Source: a bacterium
Lineage (GTDB): Bacteria > Margulisbacteria > WOR-1 > O2-12-FULL-45-9 > XYB2-FULL-48-7
DNA length: 64,000 bases
Reading direction: 5' to 3'
NCBI GenBank assembly: GCA_043812655.1
Contig: JBDRLW010000008.1
Span: forward strand, 32,001 to 96,000
Shown piece by piece: positions 38,084 through 47,710 of this stretch. The notes beneath the pieces are model-generated. The model did no database searches, had not been told where the DNA came from, and saw nothing but the letters and a program-made list of their open reading frames with translations. Positions within the stretch are counted from its first letter, which is position 1. Every line of letters begins with the position of its first letter. The position numbers and the translations under genes are program-made.

Positions 38084-39393
38084 AATGTAAAAACCTCCTT
38101 GCCCACTACTTTATTGATCTTCGCTTTAGCCACTACCAGGTCAAACAATGTTTGTAAATAATTGATCTTAGCTTGGGTCAGCGCTACCTGGGCATCGATC
38201 ACTTCAATGTTGGTCCCCGCCCCGGAATAATACCTAACACTTGAGGCCTTTAAACTCTCGTCAGCAAACCCGACCGCTTTCTGCGCTGAACCGATCGTTT
38301 CGCCAGCCGTCTGCAAATCCAAGAACGCTTCCCTGACTTCGAGCGCGATATTTAGCTTGATCTGCTCTTCGGTCGCTGTCTGGGCGGCAAGATTAGCCGA
38401 GGCCTCTTTAATTTTGTTGTGGGTCATCAAGCCATCGAACAGTGTCCAAGAAGCCACGCCGGTAACATTCCAGGAATTAACATCAGAATTAAAGCCGGTA
38501 TAAGACTGACCCCGGTAGCCGGTCGATCCGGTCAAAAAGACTGTCGGCAAATAACCGGTCTTGGCCAATGTCACATCGTCTTCGGCCGTTTTCTTGGTCA
38601 GATCAAATTGCCGCCAGTCGGGACGGTAAGCATAGGCCTGGTCAAGCAAAGCATTAAAATCAACGGTTTTCGGTAAAACCGCGTTAACGTCTTCAACTAA
38701 ACTAACCTCGGTCTCCATCGGCCGGGCCAAAATAATATTAAAAGAATTTTTGGCCAGCTCGAGCATGTTTTTTGCTTTGGTCAAAGATACTTCATAATTA
38801 GTGACCTGGACTTCCGCCCGAAGGTAATCTGTTTTAGCTACCACGCCATTGCGCTGCATCGTTTCAACCTGGGCCAAATGTGACCTGGCGCTCTTTAGGG
38901 ATTCATCTTGCAGTTTTACGTACCTATCGGCCGCCAACAATTGGAAATAAGCGGCTGTCACATTATATTCTGTCTCCTGGATGGTTCTCCTTAGGTCTTC
39001 ACTGGCGATATCTTTAGCTTTCCGCATCATCGCATAGCCGGGGAAAAGCCCAGCCACAAACAACGGCTGGTTAAAGGAAGCCGAGAGCGCTTTATTTGTA
39101 TTAATTTCACTTGTCCCAACGATAAAATCATTTGTCACTCCACCGATCGTGAACTGCATGATCGACGGCTGGGTATAGGCGTTGCTGTAGCTCCCATCGA
39201 TCTTAACTGTTGGGAAGAAAGCGCCTACCGCTTGGTTTAGCTTGGCTTCAGCCGCCGTTAATTTATTCTGCGCCGCCTTAACTGAAAAGTTATGGCGCAA
39301 AGCAATTTCGGTACTTTCTTTAAGAGTTAGGGCGGAAGAAGCCAGGGCTAAGATCAGCAGAATATAAGCAGCGGAAAATAGTATTTTTCTCAT
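38080..39393 (-). CDS. TolC-family outer-membrane efflux protein
   Basis: Signal peptide at MRKILF, two OEP repeats (FFPTV, YLPTV). Confidence 0.9.
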   Translation of the reverse strand: MRKILFSAAYILLILALASSALTLKESTEIALRHNFSVKAAQNKLTAAEAKLNQAVGAFFPTVKIDGSYSNAYTQPSIMQFTIGGVTNDFIVGTSEINTNKALSASFNQPLFVAGLFPGYAMMRKAKDIASEDLRRTIQETEYNVTAAYFQLLAADRYVKLQDESLKSARSHLAQVETMQRNGVVAKTDYLRAEVQVTNYEVSLTKAKNMLELAKNSFNIILARPMETEVSLVEDVNAVLPKTVDFNALLDQAYAYRPDWRQFDLTKKTAEDDVTLAKTGYLPTVFLTGSTGYRGQSYTGFNSDVNSWNVTGVASWTLFDGLMTHNKIKEASANLAAQTATEEQIKLNIALEVREAFLDLQTAGETIGSAQKAVGFADESLKASSVRYYSGAGTNIEVIDAQVALTQAKINYLQTLFDLVVAKAKINKVVGKEVFTL

Positions 39394-39434
39394 ATGCGGT
39401 AATTTTACAACAAAACCAGAGAGAATAAAAGCGG

Positions 39435-40385
39435 TTAAACCACGTCGGTAACGCAGGTCCGGTAAAATTGGGTGTATTTGTCCTTGTCGGGGCCGGAACG
39501 CAGGGCGATCGCCGAACGGGGATGCATATTTAATACTCCGGTGACCATATATGGAATAATGTAACCCCATTCAATTTTTCCCCGCAAAGGGATCATCTCT
39601 TCTTCGATCACTTCCAAGACCGGTTCAAGCTTGAATTTTGGGTTTTTCAGGAAAGCCACCAGCAATTCCAGCGGGCAATTGCCGGGGCCGCGCCCGATCC
39701 CAAAGATCGTCGCGTCAAGATAATTAGCCCCTTTCCTGATCGCTTCGATCGTGTTGGCAAACCCCAGCTGTTGGTTGTTGTGCGTGTGGATGCCAACCTC
39801 GATCCCTTTCGGCTGTAAACATTTTTTATAAAGATTGACTAAAAAGTGGATCTGTTCGGAAAATAAAGCGCCATAACTGTCAACGATATAAACCGCCTTA
39901 ACTGGTGATTTAGCTAATTCGCTCAAACCTTCTTCAAGATCGGGAATAAGGGCGGTCGAGATCGCCATGATATTAACAGTTGTTTCGTAACCCTTGGCAT
40001 GAAAATGATTGGTGTAATCGATCGCCTTATCAATATCCTTGACATAACAGGCGGTCCGTATGAGGTCAACCGCGCTCTCCTTCTTAGGCTTGATCTCCTC
40101 AAGTTCCACCCGCCCGATATCTACCATAGTGGCAATCTTAGCGCCGTTCTCTACACCAGCGGTCATCTCCCGGATAAAGTCGTCATCGCAAAATTTGCTC
40201 CGGCCGAATTTATCGGGTGAATATTGTTTTTTAGAGAGCTGATAGCCTAATTCAACATAATCAACACCAGCCAGCGAACAGGCTCGGTAAACCGCCTTGA
40301 CCAGTCTGTCTGAAAATTGGTGGTCATTGATCAACCCGCCGTCGCGGATCGTGCAATCGATAACTTTTATTTCTGGTCGGTACAT
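39435..40385 (-). CDS. HMGL-like (DRE-TIM) aldolase catalytic domain protein
   Basis: DCTIRDGG, HTHNN, GIGRGPGN. Confidence 0.85.
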   Translation of the reverse strand: MYRPEIKVIDCTIRDGGLINDHQFSDRLVKAVYRACSLAGVDYVELGYQLSKKQYSPDKFGRSKFCDDDFIREMTAGVENGAKIATMVDIGRVELEEIKPKKESAVDLIRTACYVKDIDKAIDYTNHFHAKGYETTVNIMAISTALIPDLEEGLSELAKSPVKAVYIVDSYGALFSEQIHFLVNLYKKCLQPKGIEVGIHTHNNQQLGFANTIEAIRKGANYLDATIFGIGRGPGNCPLELLVAFLKNPKFKLEPVLEVIEEEMIPLRGKIEWGYIIPYMVTGVLNMHPRSAIALRSGPDKDKYTQFYRTCVTDVV

Positions 40386-40458
40386 CTCTTTATTATAGCC
40401 TATTTAGAGAAAAATCGGAAGTGGAAATCTATGGGGCTCGTGCTTCCATTATTATTCG

Positions 40459-40974
40459 CTAATCCTTCCAAATGCGTTTTTTTACTTCTATTTCTATTTC
40501 TTCGGTTGGATACATTTCATCTACAATTTCATCCGGTTCAAACCACAACTTTATCTCATGCTCCGCCTCCTCTTCATTCGCTGAACAATGAAGAACATTT
40601 TCAAACAAACCAGCGGAAGTTATTCTGCCATACTGCCCCCTGATGCTTGTCGGCTCTGCCAGCTCTGGATTTGTGACCCCGGCAAGCTGCCTCACCTTCT
40701 CAATCGCGTCCTCACCCCTATAAACAAAGACTAACACCCTACGATAGGGTTCGCCATGAAGTTCACCGCGAAGATAGCGGATCACTTCATCAAAAAAAGG
40801 CTTGTCTTTCAGATGCGCATAGTGCTTTTCTGCCAACTCCCTTGAAACCTGCGCGACTTTTGCTCCAACGATACGCAGCTTAGTCTCTGATAATCTGGTC
40901 AGGATGTTCCCAGTTAATGATTTTTTCAATCCATCAGGCTTGATCACAACTAATGTTTGCTGGAATTCTTCCAT
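40459..40974 (-). CDS. ndk: Nucleoside diphosphate kinase
   Basis: TLVVIKPD, G.TNP..A.P.SIRG, N..H.S. Confidence 0.92.
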   Translation of the reverse strand: MEEFQQTLVVIKPDGLKKSLTGNILTRLSETKLRIVGAKVAQVSRELAEKHYAHLKDKPFFDEVIRYLRGELHGEPYRRVLVFVYRGEDAIEKVRQLAGVTNPELAEPTSIRGQYGRITSAGLFENVLHCSANEEEAEHEIKLWFEPDEIVDEMYPTEEIEIEVKKRIWKD

Positions 40975-41184
40975 TATTATCCCCCTTTAAAAAATAGGCA
41001 AAGCCGGCCACATAAATTTTCTGGCCAACTTTAATTCGGTGTCAATTATATACCCTCGCGATATCTCCAGCAATAATTCAGATGTCAATTTGTCCCCTGT
41101 CGATTATTTCATGGATCAAAAAATCAATTAGCAATTTGCTCCCATGGATATCACTGGTTGTGGCAATTTTTATTCCAGGCTACC

Positions 41185-41559
41185 TTATTTTTCAACGACT
41201 TTCTCGACCTGCCACTCATCCGTAACCCAAAGACCAACGATATTAACTAAAGGTCTTAAACATTTCACCCTTTCCACCGCCTGGACAATTTGCTTTCTGT
41301 GCATTCCCTGATCAACCGGATTGCCTGCACAATCATGGTGCCCAACAACAAATACTTGGCTGGATCCGTGTTTTTTGACGGAAACGTCTATCTTTTTCAG
41401 TATATTTTCTATTGGGTATCTCTCATCCACAAGAATCCCGTTCATTCCGGGTTCTGTGATCATGTCAACATAATCAACACCATAATTATCTTTTATCCAG
41501 TGTATAACCGGCGATTGGACCCGGCCATCGATACAATTCAGGCAGGTGGCAAAACTCAT
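41185..41559 (-). CDS. Putative small beta-class-like carbonic anhydrase
   Basis: CIDGR and HHDC Zn-ligand motifs (CxDxR...HxxC). Confidence 0.7.
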   Translation of the reverse strand: MSFATCLNCIDGRVQSPVIHWIKDNYGVDYVDMITEPGMNGILVDERYPIENILKKIDVSVKKHGSSQVFVVGHHDCAGNPVDQGMHRKQIVQAVERVKCLRPLVNIVGLWVTDEWQVEKVVEK

Positions 41560-42437
41560 TTCGTTAAAAGCTCAAGAATACTTAGATATTTTTTGGACGT
41601 TTCGGCTATTATCTCTTCAGGCAGTTCAGGTGCAGGCGGTTTTTTATTCCATTCCAAAGATTCAAGATAATCACGCACATACTGCTTATCGAAACTGGGT
41701 TGGCCTTTCCCCGGAGCGTATTCATCTTTTGGCCAGAACCGCGAAGAATCGGGAGTTAAGGCTTCATCAATAAGAATGATTTCTTCGCCAATTGTACCAA
41801 ATTCAAACTTGGTATCAGCAATGATGATGCCTTCTGTTTCAGCATATTCGCTTGCTGTTTGATAGAGCGCAACGCTTAATTCTTTAAGTTTACTTGCCAG
41901 CGTTTTCCCAAGCTCTTTTTCAATGTATCCCTGGGTAACATTGATATCGTGCCCTACCTCTTCCTTGGTGGACGGGGTAAAAATTGGCTCTGGCAATTTG
42001 TCCGATTCCTTCAGTCCCGCGGGCAGCTTAATGCCGCAAACGGACTGGCTTTCCTGATATTCTTTCCAGCCCGAACCGGAAAGATATCCTCTAACCACGC
42101 ATTCCACCGGCACGGCTTTCGCTTTTCTAACCAGCATGGATCGGTTTTCAAGTATTGGCTTATACGCCATTAACTCTTGAGGGTAATCATCCACATCAGC
42201 CGTGATAAGATGGTTGGCTATCAAGCCGCTGGTATATTCAAACCAGAATAAAGATAGTTTCGTTAAGACTTCGCCTTTATGAGGTATTTCCGAGGGTAAA
42301 ACCACGTCAAAGCAGGAAATACGGTCCGTCGAAATGACTAAAAGTTTGTCGCCTAAATCATAAACATCCCTGACTTTACCTCTTTTAAATAAATCTATCT
42401 CGGTAAGATTAGTTTTGCGCAAGGTTTTTTCAGCCAT
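41556..42437 (-). CDS. purC: SAICAR synthetase
   Basis: GKVRDVY, DTKFEFG, TPDSSRFW, DKQYVRD. Confidence 0.96.
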   Translation of the reverse strand: MAEKTLRKTNLTEIDLFKRGKVRDVYDLGDKLLVISTDRISCFDVVLPSEIPHKGEVLTKLSLFWFEYTSGLIANHLITADVDDYPQELMAYKPILENRSMLVRKAKAVPVECVVRGYLSGSGWKEYQESQSVCGIKLPAGLKESDKLPEPIFTPSTKEEVGHDINVTQGYIEKELGKTLASKLKELSVALYQTASEYAETEGIIIADTKFEFGTIGEEIILIDEALTPDSSRFWPKDEYAPGKGQPSFDKQYVRDYLESLEWNKKPPAPELPEEIIAETSKKYLSILELLTK

Positions 42438-42454
42438 TTAAGCTCGCCTCCTTT

Positions 42455-44224
42455 TTATTTTAAATATTCGGCTAAGAGATTTAATTCATCCCGCAATTCC
42501 CAGGGAAGGCGCTGCCCGAAAGTCTCGAATATTTTGCGGATGTCTTCAATTTCCGGCCCCCATTCCTCTATTTTTACCTCAAATAGTTTTGCCAGCTTAT
42601 CTTGCGGAATATCTAGACCGGTTAAGTCAAGGTCTTTCATTTCGGGAATCAAGCCTATCGGTGTTTCTTTCGCGTCAACCTTATTATTGGCTCGATCAAC
42701 TATCCATTTTAAGACCCGAATGTTCTCGCCAAAACCCGGCCAGATGAATTTGCCCTTATCGTCAACTCTAAACCAATTAACGGAGAAAATTTTAGGGGGG
42801 TGGGATAATTTATTTCCAAAGTTAAGCCAGTGGCCAAAATAATCTCCCATATTGTAGCCGCAGAAGGGAAGCATAGCCATCGGGTCTCTGCGCAACACTC
42901 CCTCCTGATGAATGGCCGCGGCGGTCGTTTCCGATCCCATCCTCGCCCCCAGAAAAACCCCATGCCGCCAATTAAGACTTTCAACTACTAGGGGAATAAG
43001 GCGGGTCCTTTTCCCGCCAAATATAATGGCCGAGATCGGTACCCCCTTAGGATTGTCAAATTCAGAAGATAATGTGGATGAATGGGTAATAGAAACGGTA
43101 AAGCGAGAATTCGGATGAGCCACTTTCGTTCCCGAAGCTTTATCCCAGCGCTTCCCCTGCCAATCCAGCAGATTCTTTGGCACCGGGCCATCCATCCCTT
43201 CCCACCACGGCTCATTGGTATCTAAATTTAATCCTGTATTGGTAAAGAGCGTGGGATAGAACGGCCCTTTCTTCAAGGATCTCAACATGTTAGGATTAGT
43301 TTTCATTGATGTTCCCGGAGCCACGCCAAACAAGCCAACTTCCGGATTAATCGCCCAGAGTCGCCCATCGGGACCAATGTTCAACCAAGCAATATCATCT
43401 CCCAGCGTCCAAACTTTATAACCGGGAAGCGCCGATTCCAACATCGCCAGGTTGGTTTTACCGCAAGCGCTGGGAAGGGCAGCTGTCACATAGGTAACGT
43501 TGCCTTCCGGATCTTCTATCCCAATGATCACCATGTGTTCTGCCAGCCAGCCTTCTTTCAGCCCCAACCAGGAAGCAATCCTCAAAGAAAAGCATTTTTT
43601 ACCGAGCAGAGCGTTACCCCCATAACCGGAACCAATGCTCCAAACAAATTGCTCATCAGGAAAATGCATGATAAAGCGCTTATTGGGATCGAAATCCCCA
43701 ACCGAATGCAGCCCTTTAACAAAATTGTCCTGATTCCCTATCTTATCTAAAACATTCTTTCCCATGCGAGTCATGATCCTCATACTGATCGCAACGTAAG
43801 ACACGTCTGTAAGTTGGATACAGGCTTTAGCGTAGGGAGAATCAGGATGGCCCATCATGTACGGCAGGACATACATTGTTCTGCCTTGCATACAACCATC
43901 TGAAAGTTTGGTCATCAACTGCTTGGCTTCTCGTGGCTCCATCCAATTGTTGTTCGGCCCAGCCAGATCTTTATCGGGGTGACAAACATAGGTCAGGTGT
44001 TCGGTCCTAGCCACATCGGTAGAATGACTCCGGTGAAAATACGAATTCGGCCAGGCCTTTTGGTTTAATTCATGAAAGATCGGATTATCGCCGATCTTTT
44101 CTTCTTTCATGCCAATCTCGACAAGTTTATGAGCTTCCTCTTCCGATCCGTCGCACCAGTAAATTTTGTCCGGTTTGGCCAGTCTTGCCTGCTCTTCAAC
44201 CCATCTTTCAACTTGTGTAACCAT
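42455..44224 (-). CDS. pckG: GTP-dependent phosphoenolpyruvate carboxykinase
   Basis: GYGGNALLGKKC, PSACGKTN, GDDIAW, RDPMAMLPFCGY. Confidence 0.96.
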   Translation of the reverse strand: MVTQVERWVEEQARLAKPDKIYWCDGSEEEAHKLVEIGMKEEKIGDNPIFHELNQKAWPNSYFHRSHSTDVARTEHLTYVCHPDKDLAGPNNNWMEPREAKQLMTKLSDGCMQGRTMYVLPYMMGHPDSPYAKACIQLTDVSYVAISMRIMTRMGKNVLDKIGNQDNFVKGLHSVGDFDPNKRFIMHFPDEQFVWSIGSGYGGNALLGKKCFSLRIASWLGLKEGWLAEHMVIIGIEDPEGNVTYVTAALPSACGKTNLAMLESALPGYKVWTLGDDIAWLNIGPDGRLWAINPEVGLFGVAPGTSMKTNPNMLRSLKKGPFYPTLFTNTGLNLDTNEPWWEGMDGPVPKNLLDWQGKRWDKASGTKVAHPNSRFTVSITHSSTLSSEFDNPKGVPISAIIFGGKRTRLIPLVVESLNWRHGVFLGARMGSETTAAAIHQEGVLRRDPMAMLPFCGYNMGDYFGHWLNFGNKLSHPPKIFSVNWFRVDDKGKFIWPGFGENIRVLKWIVDRANNKVDAKETPIGLIPEMKDLDLTGLDIPQDKLAKLFEVKIEEWGPEIEDIRKIFETFGQRLPWELRDELNLLAEYLK

Positions 44225-44235
44225 GTTCCCTCCTT

Positions 44236-44275
44236 AAAAAACAAAAAAGCCAACACATTTTTTCTGTGTTGGCTT
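44236..44275 (-). terminator. Intrinsic terminator inside the pckG leader (possible attenuator)
   Basis: AAGCCAACACA-7 nt-TGTGTTGGCTT then TTTTGTTTTTT, immediately before the AAGGAGG SD. Confidence 0.8.
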
Positions 44276-44366
44276 ACATTTCAACAGACTCCCCGCGCAT
44301 AAATTAGGGCGTCCTTTGACCTATCTGCCTGAATCTACCTAATGATAAAGGATTCTTATTTTTTCG

Positions 44367-44741
44367 TCAAGCGAACTTTTCTTCAATATTTTCTGAAACA
44401 GCAAAAATGATAACACGTTCCCCAACGCTTGTACTTATATCGGTATGCAGGCTGATTACCTTGGCGCCGGTTATATCAGCAATTATTTGCTCCAAAAGGA
44501 CCTTGGCGTCTTCAAGCAGTCTAATGCGAACCTGTTTGATCAATAATTTGCCTTCCTGGCTCTTTGCCAATTGCTGTTCCGCTAGAGTCAAAACACCTTT
44601 AAGGCGCACAAGAACCATATCCTGAATAAGAAAAGCCCTCACTTCCTTGGGGCCTCTCCCCATATATTCCTGCTCGAATTTAATGAAGGCCTTACTTATT
44701 TCGTCCTCAGTTTGGCCTTTGGTTTTCTTATTCATATTCAT
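44367..44741 (-). CDS. DUF2294 / MpsC-family protein
   Basis: KTKGQ.E..IS, GRGP, GVLT.AE..L, LHTDIST..GERVIIF. Confidence 0.88.
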   Translation of the reverse strand: MNMNKKTKGQTEDEISKAFIKFEQEYMGRGPKEVRAFLIQDMVLVRLKGVLTLAEQQLAKSQEGKLLIKQVRIRLLEDAKVLLEQIIADITGAKVISLHTDISTSVGERVIIFAVSENIEEKFA

Positions 44742-47200
44742 AATTTGTTAAGCAGCATTCTTGTTTTCGAGGCTTCTTTCACGATCTTCTTTGCCAAAGC
44801 CACAGCGCCGACAGCATCAAGGCTATAGGTCGCGCCGATCCGGTCGGCATAACCTTGGGTCACGACCGCGCCGCCGACCAACAGAGGGATATCAAGCCCT
44901 GCGGCCTTGAGTTCATCTTTCACTACGCCCATTTCCACCATTGTCGTGGTCAATAAAGCGGAAAGCGCAATTGCATTCGGTTTTTCTTTTTTGGCCGCGG
45001 CGATAATTTTCTCCGGCGGGACATCCTTCCCTAGATCAATAACGATAAAACCATGGTTTTCGAGCATCATTTTAACGATGTTCTTGCCAATGTCGTGAAT
45101 ATCACCTTTGACCGTGGCTAGAATGACTTTGCCAGTTGATTTAGTCTCATCTTTGGGGATTCGCGCTTTACATAACTCAAAACCGCTCGCCATCGCTTCG
45201 GCCGCTTCGATCACTTGCGGCAGATAAAATTCTTTTTTATTGAACTTTTTGCCAACGACTTCCATCCCCGGGATCAAACCTTCATCAATGATCTTCTGCG
45301 GTTTCACTTTTTTTTCTAATGCTTGCGTAACAAGGGTAATAACCGCTTCCTTATTTCCCTGGATGACCATTTTCTCAACTTCTTTTAAAGCCGTAAATTT
45401 TAATTCTTTAACCACAACCTCACGTTTCTTCTCTCCGGGTAGCCCTAGCCTCCGCACCTTATCCACTTCCGCCTTAAACGCTTTTAGCAACTCTTCTCTA
45501 CCTTCTGCCTTTTTCCCCTTTCTTTGTCCATCGCCTGTGCCTATCGCCTTTTTTATTTCTTTGTCGGTTACATCAATGATCGCGCCGTCAAGGCCATAGG
45601 CGATCGCTAGCTTCAAATAAAGAGCATTGATCTTTGAACGGCCGGGCAGTCCATGCGAAACATTGCTAACGCCTAATATAGTTCGCACGCCAAATTGGGC
45701 TTTGACCAGCGGAATGGCCTTGAGCGCTTCTAAACAACCGGTGATCCCCACCCCGGCGGTCATGACCAGATTATCAACATAAATATCTTCTCTTTTTATT
45801 CCCAATGCCGCGGCCGACTGGATGATCCGTTCCGCGATCCGCAAGCGATCGGCAACATTCTCCGGCATTCCCCGTTCATCAAGCGCCAGGGCAATAATGG
45901 CCGCTCCGTATTTTTTGGCTAAAGGCAGGACTCTTTCGAGCGTCTCTTTTTTTCCGTTAACAGAATTAAGGAGTGCCCGACCACAAAAAGTTTTGAGTCC
46001 CATTTCGAGAGCCGCCACGCTTGGGCTATCTATCGAAAGAGGCAGATCCGAAGTCGCTTGGACTGTTTTCACCCCTTTTCCCATCACTTTCGATTCAATG
46101 ACATCGGGAACAGAAACATTAACATCTAAAAGATCGGCGCCAGCTTTTGTCTGGTCAACCGCTTCCTGCCTGATTATTTGGGTTTTCCCCTCTTTAATTT
46201 CCGCTTGAAAGATTTTCCTGCCGGTCGGGTTTATCCTTTCTCCGACCAGTACAGGAACGCCAGGCTTCACTTCAACAATCCTAGTCCGGCTAGCAAATTT
46301 TGGGTTTTGGATTTTGGATTTTATTTGGATTTTGGATTTTGGGATTTGGATTTTTACTTCCCTGATGTGTCCCGGATTCGTCCCACAACACCCGCCAATG
46401 ATCTTGACGCCTAACTTCGCAAATTTAACCGCAAACGAGCCAAACTGTTTTGGCGTCATTTTATAGACCGCCTTATCGCCAACTAATTCCGGCATCCCGG
46501 CGTTCGGCATGACCATTACTGGCAGATTAGAAACCGCTTGATATTTTTTCACGACTCGAAGGAGACCTTCAGGACCAGTTGAACAATTAGCGGAAACAAT
46601 ATCGATCCCTAAAGCTTCAAGGACGACGACTGCCGCTTCCGGCGGTGTGCCGTAAATCGTCTTTTCCCCATCATCAAAAGTCATACTGGCAATGATCGGC
46701 AATTTAGTTTCATTTTTGGCCGCGATCACTGCCGCTCTCATCTCTTGCAGGTCAGAGATCGTTTCGATCGATAAGGCATCAACCCCCCCCTCTTCCAGCG
46801 CCTTCGCCTGCTCAGCAAAGATCTCATAGGCCTGATCAAAGGTTATTTCTCCCAATGGCTCCAGCATTTTTCCAAGCGGGCCGATCGATCCGCAGACAAA
46901 ACCCTTTGCCCCGATCGCTTCCCTGGCAATTTTAGCCGCCGCGATATTAACTTCTCTAACCTGGTCGCCTAAATAATAATCGGATAATTTTAGCTTATTA
47001 GCGCCAAATGTATTAGTTTCAATAATATCGGCTCCAGCTTTCACGTAACCCTGGTGGACTTCCTTAACCTTATCTGGATTTTTAAGATTTTGCGCGTCAA
47101 AACATTCTTCTGGCCGAACACCCCTGTTCATCAGCTCCGTCCCCATCGCGCCGTCAATAACCAAGATCTTTTTATTTAATTCTTCTAAAAACCTATTCAC
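44738..47200 (-). CDS. metH: B12-dependent methionine synthase without the reactivation domain
   Basis: DGAMGT and GGCCGT (Hcy domain), GERINPTG (pterin domain), GDIHDIGKN (B12 domain). Confidence 0.9.
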   Translation of the reverse strand: MNRFLEELNKKILVIDGAMGTELMNRGVRPEECFDAQNLKNPDKVKEVHQGYVKAGADIIETNTFGANKLKLSDYYLGDQVREVNIAAAKIAREAIGAKGFVCGSIGPLGKMLEPLGEITFDQAYEIFAEQAKALEEGGVDALSIETISDLQEMRAAVIAAKNETKLPIIASMTFDDGEKTIYGTPPEAAVVVLEALGIDIVSANCSTGPEGLLRVVKKYQAVSNLPVMVMPNAGMPELVGDKAVYKMTPKQFGSFAVKFAKLGVKIIGGCCGTNPGHIREVKIQIPKSKIQIKSKIQNPKFASRTRIVEVKPGVPVLVGERINPTGRKIFQAEIKEGKTQIIRQEAVDQTKAGADLLDVNVSVPDVIESKVMGKGVKTVQATSDLPLSIDSPSVAALEMGLKTFCGRALLNSVNGKKETLERVLPLAKKYGAAIIALALDERGMPENVADRLRIAERIIQSAAALGIKREDIYVDNLVMTAGVGITGCLEALKAIPLVKAQFGVRTILGVSNVSHGLPGRSKINALYLKLAIAYGLDGAIIDVTDKEIKKAIGTGDGQRKGKKAEGREELLKAFKAEVDKVRRLGLPGEKKREVVVKELKFTALKEVEKMVIQGNKEAVITLVTQALEKKVKPQKIIDEGLIPGMEVVGKKFNKKEFYLPQVIEAAEAMASGFELCKARIPKDETKSTGKVILATVKGDIHDIGKNIVKMMLENHGFIVIDLGKDVPPEKIIAAAKKEKPNAIALSALLTTTMVEMGVVKDELKAAGLDIPLLVGGAVVTQGYADRIGATYSLDAVGAVALAKKIVKEASKTRMLLNKL
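46297..46355 (-). repeat. In-frame 7-mer tandem repeat (AAAATCC)n
   Basis: Encodes KIQIPKSKIQIKSKIQNPK in the MetH interdomain linker. Confidence 0.85.
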
Positions 47201-47606
47201 CGGGAATCCTCCTCATCACATACGCGTCTTCACCATCAGCATAATAAGCTTTTCTGGTACTGATCACTTCAAACCCATATTTCTGGTAGATCTTTTTGGC
47301 CGATTCATTCGACACTCTAACTTCCAAGAAAAACACTTCATCTTCATTCAAAACATGCTGCATCAATCTTTTACCGACGCCTTTACCACGATAATTCGGG
47401 TCAACCGCCATATTTATGATATGGACTTCGTCCAATATTTTTTCCACGCCAATGTAACCAACGATCTTTTCATCGTCTCTTGCAACCAAGTATTTGTGTT
47501 CATCTTCCCTAAAAACCGCTTCCGGCTTGGGAAAATTAAAAGAATTCTTTTCAATCGCTACAACCGCCGGGATATCCTTATCTTTCATGGGAGTAATAGT
47601 GATCAT
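47193..47606 (-). CDS. rimI: Ribosomal-protein alanine N-acetyltransferase
   Basis: GNAT, FLEVRVSN, R.AYY..GEDA. Confidence 0.9.
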   Translation of the reverse strand: MITITPMKDKDIPAVVAIEKNSFNFPKPEAVFREDEHKYLVARDDEKIVGYIGVEKILDEVHIINMAVDPNYRGKGVGKRLMQHVLNEDEVFFLEVRVSNESAKKIYQKYGFEVISTRKAYYADGEDAYVMRRIPGE

Positions 47607-47651
47607 AGTAGATAAAATTATAGCATAAACTAATAAAAGCTGATTACAATA

Positions 47652-47681
47652 TAAAACCCCACAATTAATTGTGGGGTTTTA
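47652..47681. terminator. Perfect palindrome, likely terminator after ilvE
   Basis: TAAAACCCCACAATTAATTGTGGGGTTTTA. Confidence 0.7.
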
Positions 47682-47710
47682 CCCTTCTCTTATGTTAATG
47701 ATTAAAAGAT

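Noticed and set aside
39394..39570. N-terminal extensions in the ORF track (tolC; likewise nfnA, larE, metW, cysK, nrpR and 53710-53781)
   Set aside because: They overlap neighbouring genes, promoters or repeats; internal ATGs match the family starts better.
40975..41184. Possible ncRNA upstream of ndk
   Set aside because: Only a weak hairpin and a probable -10 box; no recognisable family.
44738..47200. metH as a truncated pseudogene
   Set aside because: Split MetH lacking the reactivation domain is known in anaerobes, and the ORF ends cleanly after the B12 domain.
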